NCBI GenBank assembly: GCA_044892525.1
Contig: CM097887.1
Coordinates: 61,814,001-61,878,000, forward strand
Direction of reading: 5' to 3'
Length of the DNA stretch: 64,000 nucleotides
From: Schmidtea polychroa
Taxonomy: Eukaryota
The notes below the pieces were generated by a model. It saw only the letters and a program-made list of their open reading frames with translations. It was not told the DNA's origin and searched no databases. This document shows positions 20,274 to 34,182 of this stretch, piece by piece (the first letter of the stretch is position 1; each line of letters opens with the position of its first letter). Both the position numbers and the translations under genes were made by a program.

Positions 20274-22511
20274 TTAATTTATAATTTGCCGCATAATATA
20301 TAATCTATGGTTTTTTATTATTATGTTTAGTTTTATCAACAAAATCTCTAACTTTAATTTCAAGTTTTCTTGTACTCGGAATGGATTAAAATAATTAGAA
20401 GTATTTCTTTGTTGTTTAATATATTTCATGTATAATCTTTCTTTTTTGCCACCACTTGTTAGACTTGATTTATCAGATGGATTGATACGGATTTTGCTTC
20501 GAGTTAAAGGTGTGAAAGCATTTAAATTAACCATCGCAGATTCGAAAGTAGTCGTCATAGTGCTGTCAATTTCTTGTACTGATTTTGAAACCTTTGTACT
20601 TAGTACTTCTTCAAACAGAGTTTCGAGTCTCAATTGTTCGGTGTTAGATTGAGAAACAGATTCCTCACTTACCTTTCTAATAGATTTCCACAAATTTGTG
20701 TTGATAATTTTAACATAAAAGTTAATCAGGTCATTCCACAGTTTAAGCTCATCCTCAATCGTTTGTTCTGCAATAAATGTAATTTCATTTGAAATTTCCA
20801 TTTCTGAGAAAGAATTCGCCAACTGAGTCGTGTAAATCTTTATAGTATCAATGTGTTCCTTGAGTTTGTGCTTAATAAAATCTCGATATTCTTCGAAATA
20901 AACTGAAGCAATTTCGTCAATGAAATCGTCAATGGAATTCGAATTTTCTGAGGTCTCGACTTCAAATTTGCTTAATAATCGGGAAAAGTTTGAGCATTTC
21001 TCTTTTATGTTACTAATATCGTCCAAGGTGCTGTGACTTAGAGCGTCGTCGAATTCGGTACTCGATGACTGATAAAGTGACGAAGCATTCGAAATAACTG
21101 ATACAAACTCATCATCATCTTCACCCCATGCATATTCGGACAAGTCTATGTTTGGATAAAATGTGTCTTCATTGGAAATATCGAGACCTGATCTACTTTT
21201 GTTGCTAGTTTTTTTTCGTATTTCAAATTCTTTACTTAAGCTAATATTTGGGTTAATTATTGAATGCATTATGTCTTGAGATTCTATCCTGTCTATGTCG
21301 ACTTTATTCTCCTCCACATTTTCATTAATTATGAGTTTCAACTCTTTTGCAACATCTTTATGAGAATTTTCTTTGGTGTTTTTAATATTACTATCTGATC
21401 CTTTTCTGCTTGAAATACTTTCTTGTAACTTTTTCAAAGAAATTCCACTGAGAATAGATTTATAAGAAGTCGATTCACTTTTTGGTGGTTCTTGGTTATC
21501 TCGACCATATACACTGAGACTTTTATCTAAAATTAACTCTTCTGATACTTTCTTTATTCGAGAAAACTTAAATTCATTTGAACTTTTTCTAACATTTCCC
21601 TTAAAAGAAAATTCCTCCTTTATTGATCCGAAATCTTCATTAGTCTCAGTTAGACTAATTTCAATAAGATTTTCAGTTGGGTCCATACTATCACAAGACA
21701 ATTTTACAATTTTTTCTTTGACTTTCTTTTCAGAATTCTTTAAAGAATTAATATTTTTATCGACATCTGCAACTTCACCGGGATTTGAATTAATCAAAAC
21801 CTTTGAGAATTTTAAGTCACTGTGAATGGATCTATTCAAGGCATAATGATGAAACAATTGATCATCATTCATTTGACTGAAGACCATTTCTTCTTTAACT
21901 GAATTTTGGCTATTTGATAAATTCTGCACAATCATTTCTATTGCCGTAGGAGAACTTAGTTCTTTAGTCAAATCATGGGAGACAGGTAAAATTTGATCTG
22001 ATTTTTCAGATAGTTTGTAGTTCAAGTCTTTCGAAAGTTCATTTTCTAATATGTTGAAATCAACATTGTTGGCTAGATTTAATTTCTCTGCGAATCTTGA
22101 ATTTGCAATCCTACTGTTTTGAAACAATTTATAACTAGCATTTTCTGTCATGTAGTTGCGTTTAAAAATGCGTCCGTCTTTTGATTTATTAATGGTGATA
22201 ACAGTTTGGACATTTCCATAATCTTTCAGGATTTCCTTGAACATATAAATGCATCCAGAATGATTTCCATTGATTTCATTGTAGTAAACCTCAATTAAGT
22301 GATAAGCGTCGAGAACTTTGTTACATTTTTTCCTGTCAACACAGTCAATTTTTATTTTACAGTGACAAATGGTCTCGATTTTCTTTATTCTTCGATCAAG
22401 CGATGGAATACATGATAGAAGTCTTTGAAAAGAACTAATCTTCAAAAGAAGAAACGAATAATACACCACTTTGCATTTCGAAAAATCAACACAATGCATA
22501 AATAATGGCAA
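20274..22511 (-). CDS. Large exon of an uncharacterised S/E/K-rich host protein, possibly the same gene as 17351-18882
   Basis: 745-aa open frame with a weakly KH-like N-terminal segment (RIKKIETICHCKIKID); exon-like pieces at about 19330-19690 lie between the two large ORFs. Confidence 0.6.
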   Translation of the reverse strand: MPLFMHCVDFSKCKVVYYSFLLLKISSFQRLLSCIPSLDRRIKKIETICHCKIKIDCVDRKKCNKVLDAYHLIEVYYNEINGNHSGCIYMFKEILKDYGNVQTVITINKSKDGRIFKRNYMTENASYKLFQNSRIANSRFAEKLNLANNVDFNILENELSKDLNYKLSEKSDQILPVSHDLTKELSSPTAIEMIVQNLSNSQNSVKEEMVFSQMNDDQLFHHYALNRSIHSDLKFSKVLINSNPGEVADVDKNINSLKNSEKKVKEKIVKLSCDSMDPTENLIEISLTETNEDFGSIKEEFSFKGNVRKSSNEFKFSRIKKVSEELILDKSLSVYGRDNQEPPKSESTSYKSILSGISLKKLQESISSRKGSDSNIKNTKENSHKDVAKELKLIINENVEENKVDIDRIESQDIMHSIINPNISLSKEFEIRKKTSNKSRSGLDISNEDTFYPNIDLSEYAWGEDDDEFVSVISNASSLYQSSSTEFDDALSHSTLDDISNIKEKCSNFSRLLSKFEVETSENSNSIDDFIDEIASVYFEEYRDFIKHKLKEHIDTIKIYTTQLANSFSEMEISNEITFIAEQTIEDELKLWNDLINFYVKIINTNLWKSIRKVSEESVSQSNTEQLRLETLFEEVLSTKVSKSVQEIDSTMTTTFESAMVNLNAFTPLTRSKIRINPSDKSSLTSGGKKERLYMKYIKQQRNTSNYFNPFRVQENLKLKLEILLIKLNIIIKNHRLYIMRQIIN

Positions 22512-24399
22512 TAACTAAAAATAAACCAATCATTATATTAATTAATAATTAATTGATTATCCATAAAGTTTATTAAAATGTTTTTAAATCTTTAATTATG
22601 ATTTGAAAAATTAAGTTTTAGTTTGGAAAATTATTAGTGCAGAATAAACCAGAGCAGTGGCCTAATTTCTAAAAGAAAGAATTTGAATGCAATAAAAAAC
22701 CAACGATAATACACTAAAACCTCGATTTGCGTCGTTAATTGGGCCTTAAGAAAGACGACGCAAATCGAAATTAATTTTTCCTTATAAAAATGTATTTTGT
22801 TAATTAGTACTAAAACAAAAGATCGCTTGGATTAAAAACTATTTTTATTTCAATCATTATGTATATATGTAATACATGAACCAACATTAAATATAAAACA
22901 TAAATTTATTAAATAACAAATAAAATAACATAAAAATTCATTAAATAAACAAAATATAAAATTCATTACACAGAAACAGTTTGTAACTTTCTGTTTTGTA
23001 ATTCTAATTCAATGAACTTGACGATTCTAAATCGATTAGCGTTTCTGTAGACTGTTTCTGGTTTGGTTCTCGTTACAGTTAAAACCTTGTCTAAAGTTTG
23101 CTGAACTTGTGCAGCTTTTCTTTCCATATATATTTTTTATAGCAATTGATAGCGTTATCAATAGTTCGCGTAACCGTTAAGCATCGATTTTCGAAAAATT
23201 TAAATAGAATTTTTATGAAATAATAATAAGAGCTATATTTTTAAATAAAGTAATTAAAGGCTTAAATTTTAAATTAAATTAATAATTTATTTTCAGATAT
23301 TTTGAAAAACTATCATCTGATGAGAAATGAAAATTTTAAATGAAAACTTTTATGAAATATTTTTCAATGACAATTTTAAGTTAAAATTTTTATGAAATAG
23401 TTTTAGATGGAAAATAAGTAAATTAAGTAAATTAAAGTAAGATTTTTAAATTAAAGTAATCAAGTGTCTATATTTTAAACTTAAGTAAATTAAATGTAGG
23501 ATAAATTATGGTCTCAAATTTTAAATTAAAGCAAATTAATGTCTAAGTTAATTATGTAAATTACAATTAAATTTTAAACTAAAGTAAATTAAAGTTAATA
23601 ATTTTAAATTAAAGTAATAATTTAAATTTTATTGTCAGATATTTGGAAAATCTAGCAATCAAGGAAAATTGACAATTTTAGATGAAAATTTTAATGAAAT
23701 AATTTTAAATGAAAATTTTAATGAAATACTTTTCAAAGATAATTTTAAATGGAATTTTTTATGAAAAAATTTTCAATGAAAAATTTAAATAGAATTTTTA
23801 TGAAATAATAATAAAAGCTATACTTTTAAATTAAAGTAAGTCAAAGCTATTTGGTAAAATTTTAAATTAAGGAATGCAATTTAAAATTAAGTAATAAATT
23901 TTGAAAAATGATGAGAATTGGTAATAATAATTAAAGAAAATTATGTTTAAGTTAATTAGGTTTAAGGAATAATTAAGGAATAATCTTTCCATTTAACACT
24001 ACAGTGTTAATTCTTACCATTTTAGAATAATATTTTTTATTAAAGTTCTCATCATGATTTATTCAATTTTAATTGAATTTAATGACAAATTCCTTTGAGT
24101 TATCTTCAGTTTTAATTATTTAATTTGAAAGATTATTTAGACGAATTTTGGTAATTTTTTAGAGTTGATGTTAAGCGAATTTAGGAAATATTCAAGTGAA
24201 TTTATTTTATTTTTTGTGATTTTTATGTTGATTGAAAGAATATTTAAAAATTTAAGGTTGATTTTAAGATAAATTTAATTAATTTCTTGATAATTTGCTG
24301 TATATTTATAGATTTATTTTTTAATTTAATTTTAAATAAAAATTATTCTTAATGACAGTTAATAATTAGAGTAATCAAACGATAGGATAAATTTTGATG

Positions 24400-24640
24400 A
24401 TGATATTGAATTTGATTATAATTATTTAATTTGATATTCAAAGATTAGTAGGTTGAGTGGTCGTAAATATATTGAAACCCTGACAACATTAATCAGAAAA
24501 AAATGTTTAATAAATGTAAATAATGATGACGAATTTTGTTTCCTTTACTCTGTTTTGGCTCTTATAAAATATGATAGTACTCATGATGAATTGCGTCATC
24601 TGCCTAGTTCTCATAACCTTTCTAATTTTAACTTTTTACA
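24400..24640 (+). pseudogene. Fragment of the PolB-family N-terminal domain
   Basis: ISRLSGRKYIETLTTLIRKKCLINVNNDDEFCFLYSVLALIKYDS aligns by eye with ISRLSGRSFIETPKSLRNLSCLVNVVNNDHFCFLYSFLSIIKYDS of the ORF at 42971-46069. Confidence 0.8.
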
Positions 24641-25002
24641 TAAAAAATTACATTATTATGGTAATATATAATTATAATTACATTATTATAGTATCTGGAC
24701 CAGGACGGATTTGAGTAAACTCAAGCCAAAAGAATAAAAAGCGACACACAAAAAACACAATGTACAAAAATTCAATGTCGAACAATTATTTCATTTCAAT
24801 TATTTTGTTATTTAATTTTATCGAATCTTTATTATTTCTTTTACATTTTTCCATTTCTTCCCTCACTCCTTCTTTTCAGAATTCTGGAACAACACACCTT
24901 TAAACATTTTTAAACATTTTCTTTCCTCTCACATTTGCTCATTTAATTAATAATTTAATTTTATTGTTTAGATATCCTCGACAATTTTTGAACCCACTAA
25001 AA

Positions 25003-25284
25003 CAGCGTTTCCCAAAGTGTGTGTCGCGACCTGGCACAGCGTCTCAAAAACCTCAGCTGGGTCGCAGCGAAAATTGTAAAAACACAAAAAAAATTTCTTT
25101 TACATATTATTATATCATTGTTTTTGTTAAATAATTATTTTGCAATTTTTTTGATTGAAATTAAGAAACAAATAACTTGATTTTTATTAAAAAATAAAAT
25201 TTGTTTTGTAAATAAATGCTTTATTTCATAAGGTGAGTCGTGAAAAATTTTAAAATGTAGGTCAAAAAAGTTTGGGAAACGCTG
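25003..25284. mobile_element. hAT (Charlie-like) MITE
   Basis: TIR CAGCGTTTCCCAAA / TTTGGGAAACGCTG; 8-bp TSD cactaaaa / cactagaa. Confidence 0.8.
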
Positions 25285-26078
25285 CACTAGAATATTTAGC
25301 CTAGAAACACGACTCATCCTTTCATAAACTCTAAACCTATTTGTACAGTACCAGCATCACTTAGTAATGGGTATCATCGGAGTGAATCACATTATATGGT
25401 TCCAGGATTGACATAGAATGAGCCATAGTTCAATAAATTCAGTTGGTGGGAACTGTGAAAATTTAAAAATATGACCTTGAAAAAAATTTGACCTGAATTT
25501 TTTTACCTTGATGAGTCATGGTCTTTGTTTAAATGTTTATAGACATAGAAATAAGTTCACTATTAAAAACATTTTCTAACCTACCGGAACGCAGCATAAT
25601 TCTATTTTTTAAATCTACTTAGTGGCTTCCATCGAAGTGGCTTTCCATGCAAAATCCTCATATTCTTAGCCATAAATAGACCACCAACTTCAACAATAAA
25701 TGACGTTAACTTCTATTAACAGACCTTATTTTATCATTAATGATTGAATTATTATTGAATCTAATATAATTTTTTTTATAAATCAAATCCTAGTGTGAAA
25801 TTTATTTAAATATTAATATACCAAATTGTACTTTATATTAACAAGATTAAAGTTATTTATATTCGGCTATTTTCAAAAAGAGAATTTATTTAACTATCTT
25901 TAAAGTTGATTGTTTTAAATCTTCTTAATTCCCTTCTTGGCGAATTTTTTAAACAATCATTTATTTTTGCAACATCAATTTTAAGATTAGATATAAATTC
26001 TTTCAAAGCCCGTAGGAAAATAAATTTTGTAATAATTTTGACAATTATTACTAAATAATATAGTGTGATTATTAAATA

Positions 26079-26507
26079 ATGAATGTAAAGTTAACAAATG
26101 TTCTCAGATATTCTACGTAATTATTGTCCTTTATAATAATTATTTATAAATGTTCATTATGTTTTTAGTTTTGAAAGTTTGCAAAGATTTTATTCTAGTC
26201 GTCTCAATGTAACGAGGATTAAACGTTCTATTTATCCTACTATGTACATGGTTGATGTAATTAGATCTGATGGTTCTATTCAAAGAATAAGATTTCATGA
26301 ACCTAGACAATTAATACAGGTAGTGATTTTCATAATTGTATTGATTTTATTATTATAAAGTTTCCCTTGGATATCAATACATGTTCGGAAGCTGAACGGC
26401 GTAAAAGATTAATTTTACGGTCCCCACCTTCAAAGATCAAAGTAGAAGAAGAAATTTCAATCAAATTTGATGTCAATGAATATAGTTATTTATGGAAGAA
26501 AAAATAA
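26079..26507 (+). CDS. MRPL55: Mitochondrial ribosomal protein L55 (bL31m), 3 exons, 111 aa
   Basis: Exons 26079-26116, 26169-26319 and 26361-26507 with 52- and 41-bp GT-AG introns. Translation ...SSRLNVTRIKRSIYPTMYMVDVIRSDGSIQRIRFHEPRQLIQFPLDINTCSEAERRKRL...YSYLWKKK matches the MRPL55 pattern. Missed by the ORF track. Confidence 0.9.
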
Positions 26508-28903
26508 TTAATAGTTTTAATTTATTATTTCATTTCGATGAAGTATTGTTTTTGTGGTTTGTTAGTTCTCACTTTAGAAATTAATGAAAATATTATCCAT
26601 TTCTTGATGCGACTTTTTTCTATACAATTGAATTTATTGAAAAGTATAAACTAAATGTGAATTTGCATTTATTGATTTGTAAACTTTTGATTGACTTAAA
26701 ATTGAAATAATATTATCAAATTTATACAGTACATGATGTTTAATCCCCATTAGTTCATGTTCATAATTAGCGACAAGAATCCTATAATTTAACACAGTTG
26801 ATGCAAGATTTTGGTAAGTTAATGTAAGCAAACAAGCCTTCCTGAGTAAATTTCACTTGTTGATAATATCCACGTGTATGACTTATTCTCAATCCGTTTT
26901 CTCTTATCGGTAATTATTAATTTAGTCACTAACAAACGAAAACTAAGATTCTTTAACGCGATATACTATGATCTTTTGATTAATAATAATTACATAGGTA
27001 GTGCCTATCAGATTAAACTTGAGCAAATTTATCACTGATCTCACACAAACAACAATGGAGAAGAATAATCTGGAATCCTAAACATAAAACAATACAATTT
27101 ACAGAATAACGATGATTTTAAAATAGTACATTCACAATTGTTGGGCTACGGAATCATGTATCGACTTTTAATCTTTTATTTGTTTTACTTTGCAAGTAAA
27201 TAGGCAACTGAGTCGACCTAAATAGCATGTAAAGAGCACTAAGAATACTTCAATTAATTCGAAAAAACACCAAGTAAAAATAATAAAATTACAAAATGCA
27301 AGTAGTTGTACACGAAACACATTTTAAAAGAAATCGCCGAAAAAAGAGAAAATAGCAAAAATATACTAGCTTATTCCTAGAATAAGAGCAGCATGTAAAG
27401 GCGATCCTTCGATCAATTATGGTAAAAACAATAAATTTAAACAAAATAAAGAAATAGACAAATCAAATCAATTGGAATTTCAGATCAAAAAATAAAAATA
27501 AAACACGATCTGAAACACACATGATCGATCCTGATTGGTCGAAGGGATGTATAACAAAAATATATAAAGGGCTGTCTCAGTAGCCACTTTTATTATTTTT
27601 CAAAATCTGTTTTCAACGACTCTTGAACTACTTTCCAGCATAGGTCCAAATCCTTTATCAACAGATAAGAAAAACAACTACTAAAGCAAGAAGACTTCTG
27701 TTAAATTTAAAATAATACACCAATCAAGGTCAGTGAAACAAATCTCTTTAAATAAAATGTTTTAACAACGGGAAAGTTCAAGGCCCGTGTGAATTGATCT
27801 TGACGAAAATCAGGAGACCCTCATCAGCCGTTTCTTTCGATGTTGGCCAGCAAGGCGTTCAATTAACATATACTATCTCCTGGTGGTAGAAGAATTCTGG
27901 ATCCGGCACTCCAAAGTCGAGTTCAGGTGAATTAAGGTTTGAGCACATTTTACTCAAAGACTATCCATTATATAGTTTTTTGTAAATCCATTTGACCAGT
28001 CAGAATTGATCTAGTGTGTTTCTGATCATATTTAATGATCGTTTGTAACTTCTAAATGCCAATCATTCTGATTGGCATATTTATTTATTTGTTTTAATTT
28101 ATTGTTTTTAAATTAAAATTTTCCTTTTTCTTTTTATTCATGATTGATCAAATGATCGCCTTTACACACCATCATTATCCCATTGATAAAGTGGTATTTT
28201 CTGCGGCTGTCTTTTTTCTGGGATTTATTTTGTCTTTACGTGTGTTTTATTGTGTGTTTCGTGTGCAACTGCTTGCTTTTCGCATTTTATTATTTGTGTT
28301 TTATTTATTTTTAAATTTATTTTGTTTTTACTTTTGTTTATTTGGTGTTTAAAATAAATTTGAAATATTCTTATTGCTGTTTTCAATGTTATATGGGTTG
28401 TCTTAGCAGCCACTTTAATTTCTTTTATTTAATTACTGTTGATTAAAACAAAAAACAAACCAAAAGATTTTTGTTATTTTAGGGTTTGGCCAAACATTAT
28501 AAATCAATGTTTTAGATTTAACATAAACTTTTGTCACAGTCATTTTCAACTTTTAGTAAAAATACATTATCAAAGATTTGTGTCAAATATAACACATCGA
28601 ACTATAGTTGAAAACTAAATGAGGATACATAAAGTCGTTGATCCAAAGAAAGAATTTGAAGATAGAGCATTTTCTTTGGTGACATCCTTTTGTTTTAATG
28701 TTATATAAAATCAAAGGAAACATTTCAAAAACTTCATTATAATTTTAAATTTGTAAAGTACACCAGCCAGCATTTTAAGCTTATAAAACTATAAAATTCT
28801 AAAAAATAAAGAAATTCCAAACAATTTTAAGTCTTTTGTTCTATTCAATGAAATCAAAATCAAATTAATAAATATGGTGTTATAATAAAGATTCCAGCTA
28901 AAA

Positions 28904-29434
28904 TTATTCAAAATATAAACCATAGACCGTCACAACTGAATATATTGAACATCCATCAAAGATGGCTTCTGCGACATTGTCTCCTGTCTCTGGATACCAA
29001 AGAGATCGGCTGGCGAAATTGACATTTGCCGTTGATTTATCACCAATTGAAACAATACAAATTAATTTATAACGATTATAACATAACTCCTTTACCATTT
29101 GTTTTATTTCCACAGCTAACTTTTTACAGAGTTCAGGGATTTCAACCCGGTCATATTGGACTCCCGCTAGTCGTTTTTGTAATAATTCAGCTATGCGCGG
29201 TTCAACTTTCTTCAAAATAAATTTATTTTTATTATCCGGCATTATTCGATATGTATTCTCATAAACATCGGGAACAAGATTCGATTTCGTTATCAGAGGA
29301 TACAGACTAAATCTTTTTGAATATATCGTAGATCGTCGCCGTTTCATAATTGATCCACGGCGATCTGTTGGATTCGAGATTGATTTCGACAGATCACCAT
29401 TTACAATACTCATTCTTTTCATTTCCGAATCCAT
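28904..29434 (-). CDS. Tctex1-domain dynein light chain (TCTEX1D/DYNLT type)
   Basis: YENTYRIMP...YDRVEIPELCKKLAVEIKQMVKELCYNRYKLICIVSIG...ASRSLW..GDNVA...VYGLYFE. Confidence 0.9.
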   Translation of the reverse strand: MDSEMKRMSIVNGDLSKSISNPTDRRGSIMKRRRSTIYSKRFSLYPLITKSNLVPDVYENTYRIMPDNKNKFILKKVEPRIAELLQKRLAGVQYDRVEIPELCKKLAVEIKQMVKELCYNRYKLICIVSIGDKSTANVNFASRSLWYPETGDNVAEAIFDGCSIYSVVTVYGLYFE

Positions 29435-29705
29435 TCTAGAACCACTAAAATATATCTATGAAATGTCAAATTCAGAATAATGAAGATTTTGTATCAAAAT
29501 AAAGTGACAGTTTGCCGTTTTGATATTTGCACTTATTGAATGGATACTCAGTAAACTTAAATTAGTCATATTTTTTCAGTTGGACAAAATATTATTCTAA
29601 TACTGATTTCATTATTTACTAATTATAAATTCTCAGTAGTGATCTTGAGTAAGTTCTTGCCCGGGGTTTCATTTTGCTTGTTTTAGTCTTTGTCATCTCA
29701 GTTAA

Positions 29706-29938
29706 CCCTTAAATACCCCTCGTATCTTAATTGATACAACCGTTAAAATCTATATTTCTATGTAAATATTCAAAATTTCCCGCGAAAACCAATTTTATGA
29801 AGCGCAGTTAACTTCATTCTATTTTGAAATCTCATATCTGATGTAATCGTGTTTTAGTATTCGAAAGTATTTTAGTATTCGAAGAAATTAAGGTTTAACA
29901 TTCTAGTTTTTAATAACATATTCTTGGGTATTTAAGGG
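29706..29938. mobile_element. piggyBac-type MITE
   Basis: TTAA|CCCTTAAATACCC ... GGGTATTTAAGGG|TTAA. Confidence 0.85.
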
Positions 29939-32780
29939 TTAAGACATGTTTCTACTCTCCTTTAACATATCGTATACGATCACAAAGGCGACAATTAAAA
30001 GAGCGAGCAACTATAAAACTACCATTTGAAGTGCGACCATCTTATAGAAATATTTATTATGCAAGCAAAGATAAAAAGGTTAGTACTGATAAAATTTATA
30101 ATTTTGAAGCAGAACGATAACCGGTAGTATTAAAATCTGAAAAAAAAATAAAGAGAAAGTATAACAAATATTATTAAGATCAATAAAAAGCTCCAAACAA
30201 CTAAAGTATAAAATTAATTAAAATTTAATAAAGATCGAAAATCAATATTGAACGGAGGAAACGGGTATGGTTGAACGTCAAATTGAAAGACAAATTCAGA
30301 AATTATAATAAAAATTTAATAAGGGGTTCACAGGTAACATTATAACGAAAAACAAATTAACTAAATTTAATTAATCCGTAATGCGAAGTCCGAGCCCATG
30401 AGAAACCCGGAATCATTGAGATACGACCAATTAGATAGGAAAGCGAAAACACGAGAACCAATCCGGGATAAACAAATAAGAATAATGTGATAATCCTCAA
30501 AATATTTACTCAAGGTTTCCTAAACACTAATTATTTGCAATTGTTGGGTTAGAACTGATTTCTAGACCCAAGTTAGGATCGTGACGAAATGTGTCTGTAT
30601 GTTAATGTATATATGATGTTAAATATTGTTGTGTATTATAGAAGACTTTGTAGAGCCCAGTAGGGTCTCCTTTAAAACTTGTATCGGGACTGCTGGGGTG
30701 TTTGTGTATAGTTTAAATATAATATACAACAACAATAATGTTACAAAATTGAAAACCAACAAACAATGATAATAATAAAACTTTTATTGTAGCAAATATT
30801 TGTGTTTTCTGGGTTTCAGAGATATGTTTTTTATTTCAAATCTTTTCAATCAAATGCAAATCGAAGCTGAGAATTAATACATATCACCAGAAGTTTCAAA
30901 ATTCTATTCAAATTCAAATCGAAGCTGAGACGTAATCCATATCTCCAGAAGTTGCAGAAAATGATCTGTATATTTTTATTTTCCAGTTTTCCAAAATAAA
31001 ATTAAAATCTTAGTCAGAACAAAATTATATTTCATAAGTTATATTTTTATCTATAGTCAATAATTTTGTATTTGTAATTTTTGATTTTTTTAATAATTTA
31101 CTATAGATAATAACCTTCGTCTTATTTACAATGATATCTCTGATAATGTTCAAGATCTTCAACAATGTTAATTACAATAAATTACAAAATTACAATAACC
31201 CTCATCATTAGATTTTTCATGTACAAATATTTGTCGACGTCATGCCTATAAAATAATCCACCTAAATAAGAAAATAACAAAAGACACTTTTGTCCTTTAT
31301 TTTATTTACTGTAATTGTAATACTGTGACATCTGTCTGTACTCTGTAGTTTGTACTGTCAGTACATTGTGATTATTTATTTTGTTAAATTTTATTTTGGT
31401 TATTGACCATAATATTAATAAATATTTCTCAACTCCAACACCCCTTTATAAATTCCTGGCTACGCCATTGTGTCTAGTATATATAAGAGAAAAAGGTGGC
31501 AAAAAAACATATATAGTAAGAGTTTTACGAGGACTTTATATCAAAAGAGTAAAGAAAGAAAAACAATATTTTATGAATAAGTTGTAATATTTGGAATTAG
31601 AACTGAAGCTGCTAGAACATCTTTTAAATTATTTTTGAAATTTGGTTCAAAATTTAACCTCATAATTCCAAGTACTTATTTAAAAAAGATATTGTAGAAT
31701 TTCCAAACAAATTTTCAGCGTTGAATAAAATATTTTCAAAACCTTTAAAAAAAATTTCGATATTTAAAATATATTTATTTAAAAATTATTTACTAATAAA
31801 ACTTCTTTTAAAAAGCTTGTTTAATTTTTCAATTTTTCAATTTAAATTTTATAAATTCAATTTAAAAATTATTTCAAAAGTTATTTTAACAGTCAATAAT
31901 TTATCATTTTAAATTATCTTAATAAATCATTGAAATATTTAATTCTCGACTGAAAACACCTCACATCCCCCTTCTTAAAGAAATTTCTTCATCTTTTCAA
32001 CATTTCTTTGAAGCATTTTCCCACTTTGGTCTTGTAGCAGATATCGGCGATCATGGATCTTCTGCATTATTCTGTATGGCCTTTCGTATCTTTCCTTTTC
32101 TTACGTTCTTGATTCTACTTTTACCAGAACCATGATGGCTATGATGAATTTCAGCATTTTCATAGAATAATCTAGCATTTCTGGATTCCTATTATAATTT
32201 TGACCCATAATTCATTTTTAATGATATTTAGTGGAAATATTTTCTATTTCCATTCCTACTTTTCTTTTATCGACAATAATTCATATTTTTTTTATTTCAG
32301 CTGATCTTATAATGCTTTTTCTGAATAGAGGAATGTGTTTCAGTTTTTCAAGGTTTTCACCATAACCTTTACATATACGTACAGAGTTTTGTTTTTTCAA
32401 AGAATCAACATTAGTACATGACTCACCTTGACAATTATTCTTCAGCTAGCGTAATTACACCTTTATACAACTTTTCGTTTTTCTTTGGTTGCATTAAAAA
32501 CTGGACAATCGCAACTTGATTTGGGCTTGGAAACTCTCTTTTTTACATTTTACTTTTACAATGGGTTGACATTCAACTGACATAATACAATTGATTTTGA
32601 TCAGCGAATGAATTTAGAAAAAAACATTATAATTCATAATAATTAGGATAACTTAAAAATTGAAAGATGTGTAAAAACAAATGACAGATTTCATGAAACA
32701 TTCATTTTGATTGAAGGTTTTGCAATTTTGCGATACAACATAACTTACAGTTGCATTCGCCAATAATTTCCATTTAAATA

Positions 32781-34182
32781 CCCCGGCCTACCAAAAGTCT
32801 CCAGTCAGGCAGTTATTTACATATTGCAGTTTATAATGAACGTTTGCAATGCAAATATGAAAAGCAATGGAAACAAAGGTCACCAACACCTTTAACATGC
32901 TGCACGCGCACATGTACACACACGTGTACTCACACACATACACACAGAATATGACTACTCACACCATACACACAACAGTGAGTCATGTTAATGAAGGATT
33001 GTCATTTTCTTGGAATATTACTATTCGCAGAGAGCTTACAGACTTTCAGAAAGGCATTATTTACAGATGTTATCTTTGTGGAAAAAGTCAGAGTAAAACT
33101 GCTGCATTGACTGGCCATCCCAAAGGAACTATTAACTACTTCCTGAGGAAGTACCGCCAGGAGCAGACACATGTCAACAAGCAACGTTCAGGCATCCCTT
33201 AACTTCTGAGCATCCGTACACAACGGCAGCTGAAACGACTTGTGGTGGCTCATCGTTGGTTTCCCCTGTCCAAGTTAGTGTCCACATTTAACAATGGCCC
33301 TGTGCATGCCAGCATGTCCACCATTCGACGCGCATTACATTTTCATAGTTTCTATGACAGATACTTTTATTACAGAAACAATTTGTCGTCATCACTTGAA
33401 GTGGTGCCGGAAGAGAAGGAGTTGTACAGCAGAACAGTGGCACTCTGTCATTTGGAGTGATCAATCACGTTTCACTCTTTTCAAATCTGATTGACAGCAA
33501 TTCTGCTGGCGTCGTGTAGGAGAACAATTTCACCCTGACTGCATTCAGCCAAATGTGAAAATGGAGAAGGCTCCATCATGTTTTGGAGTCTTTTCTGTGC
33601 TCATGGAACTGGACCACTAGCAAAGTGCAGCAATCACATGACGTCAGTGGAATACCATGTGATTCTGGAAGATGAGATTGTTACCTTTCCCCCAGAAATT
33701 GAAAGGCTCATTTTCCAACAAGATAATGCACCAATCCATACTTCGCACATTCTTTCTGCAGCACAACATCAACGTTTTGGATTGGGTTCCAGATAGCCCT
33801 GATCTGAATCCTATTGAATTTTTGTTGGACGTCCTTGGTAGATGAGTTCGCAAAAGGATTCCCATTGGCCGTAACGCCTCCGAACTGGAAACTCATCTGC
33901 ATGAGAAATGGTCATACATCTCCGCTGATTTTCTGGCAAAAGTGGTCGATACAATGCCTAAACGAGTACGCCTTGTTATCCAGATGAAATGTAATATAAC
34001 GAAGTACTAACTCTCTAGGCACTACATACATTCAGTATTCGTGTGTGTTTGTGACATTTGTTCCAATTGCTGTTCATTATAAACTATTCATTATATTCAT
34101 TATATATAAACTATTCATATATAAACTATTCATCATCAATATTTTAATAACTGCCTGACTGGAGACTTTTGGTAGGCCGGGG
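32781..34182 (+). mobile_element. Tc1/mariner element (1402 bp) with a pseudogenised DD34E transposase
   Basis: Perfect 37-bp TIRs (32781-32817, 34146-34182) and TA flanks; ELTDFQKGII, WSDQS, IFQQDNAP, PDLNPIE, MPKRV..VI motifs split by stops and frameshifts. Confidence 0.92.

Noticed and set aside
22900-24400. Degenerate AT-rich internal repeats (e.g. about 23195 and 23780)
   Set aside because: Low-complexity; unit and boundaries could not be defined.
26900-27960. Coding-like minus-strand stretch with hydrophobic segments
   Set aside because: Stops in all frames and no consistent splice model or recognisable family.
29950-30620. Possible solo LTR
   Set aside because: No convincing TG...CA ends with a TSD, and no similarity to the 14831-15729 LTR.
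31950-32620. Possible MULE/SWIM transposase remnant (SCDCPVF)
   Set aside because: A single short motif amid many stops.
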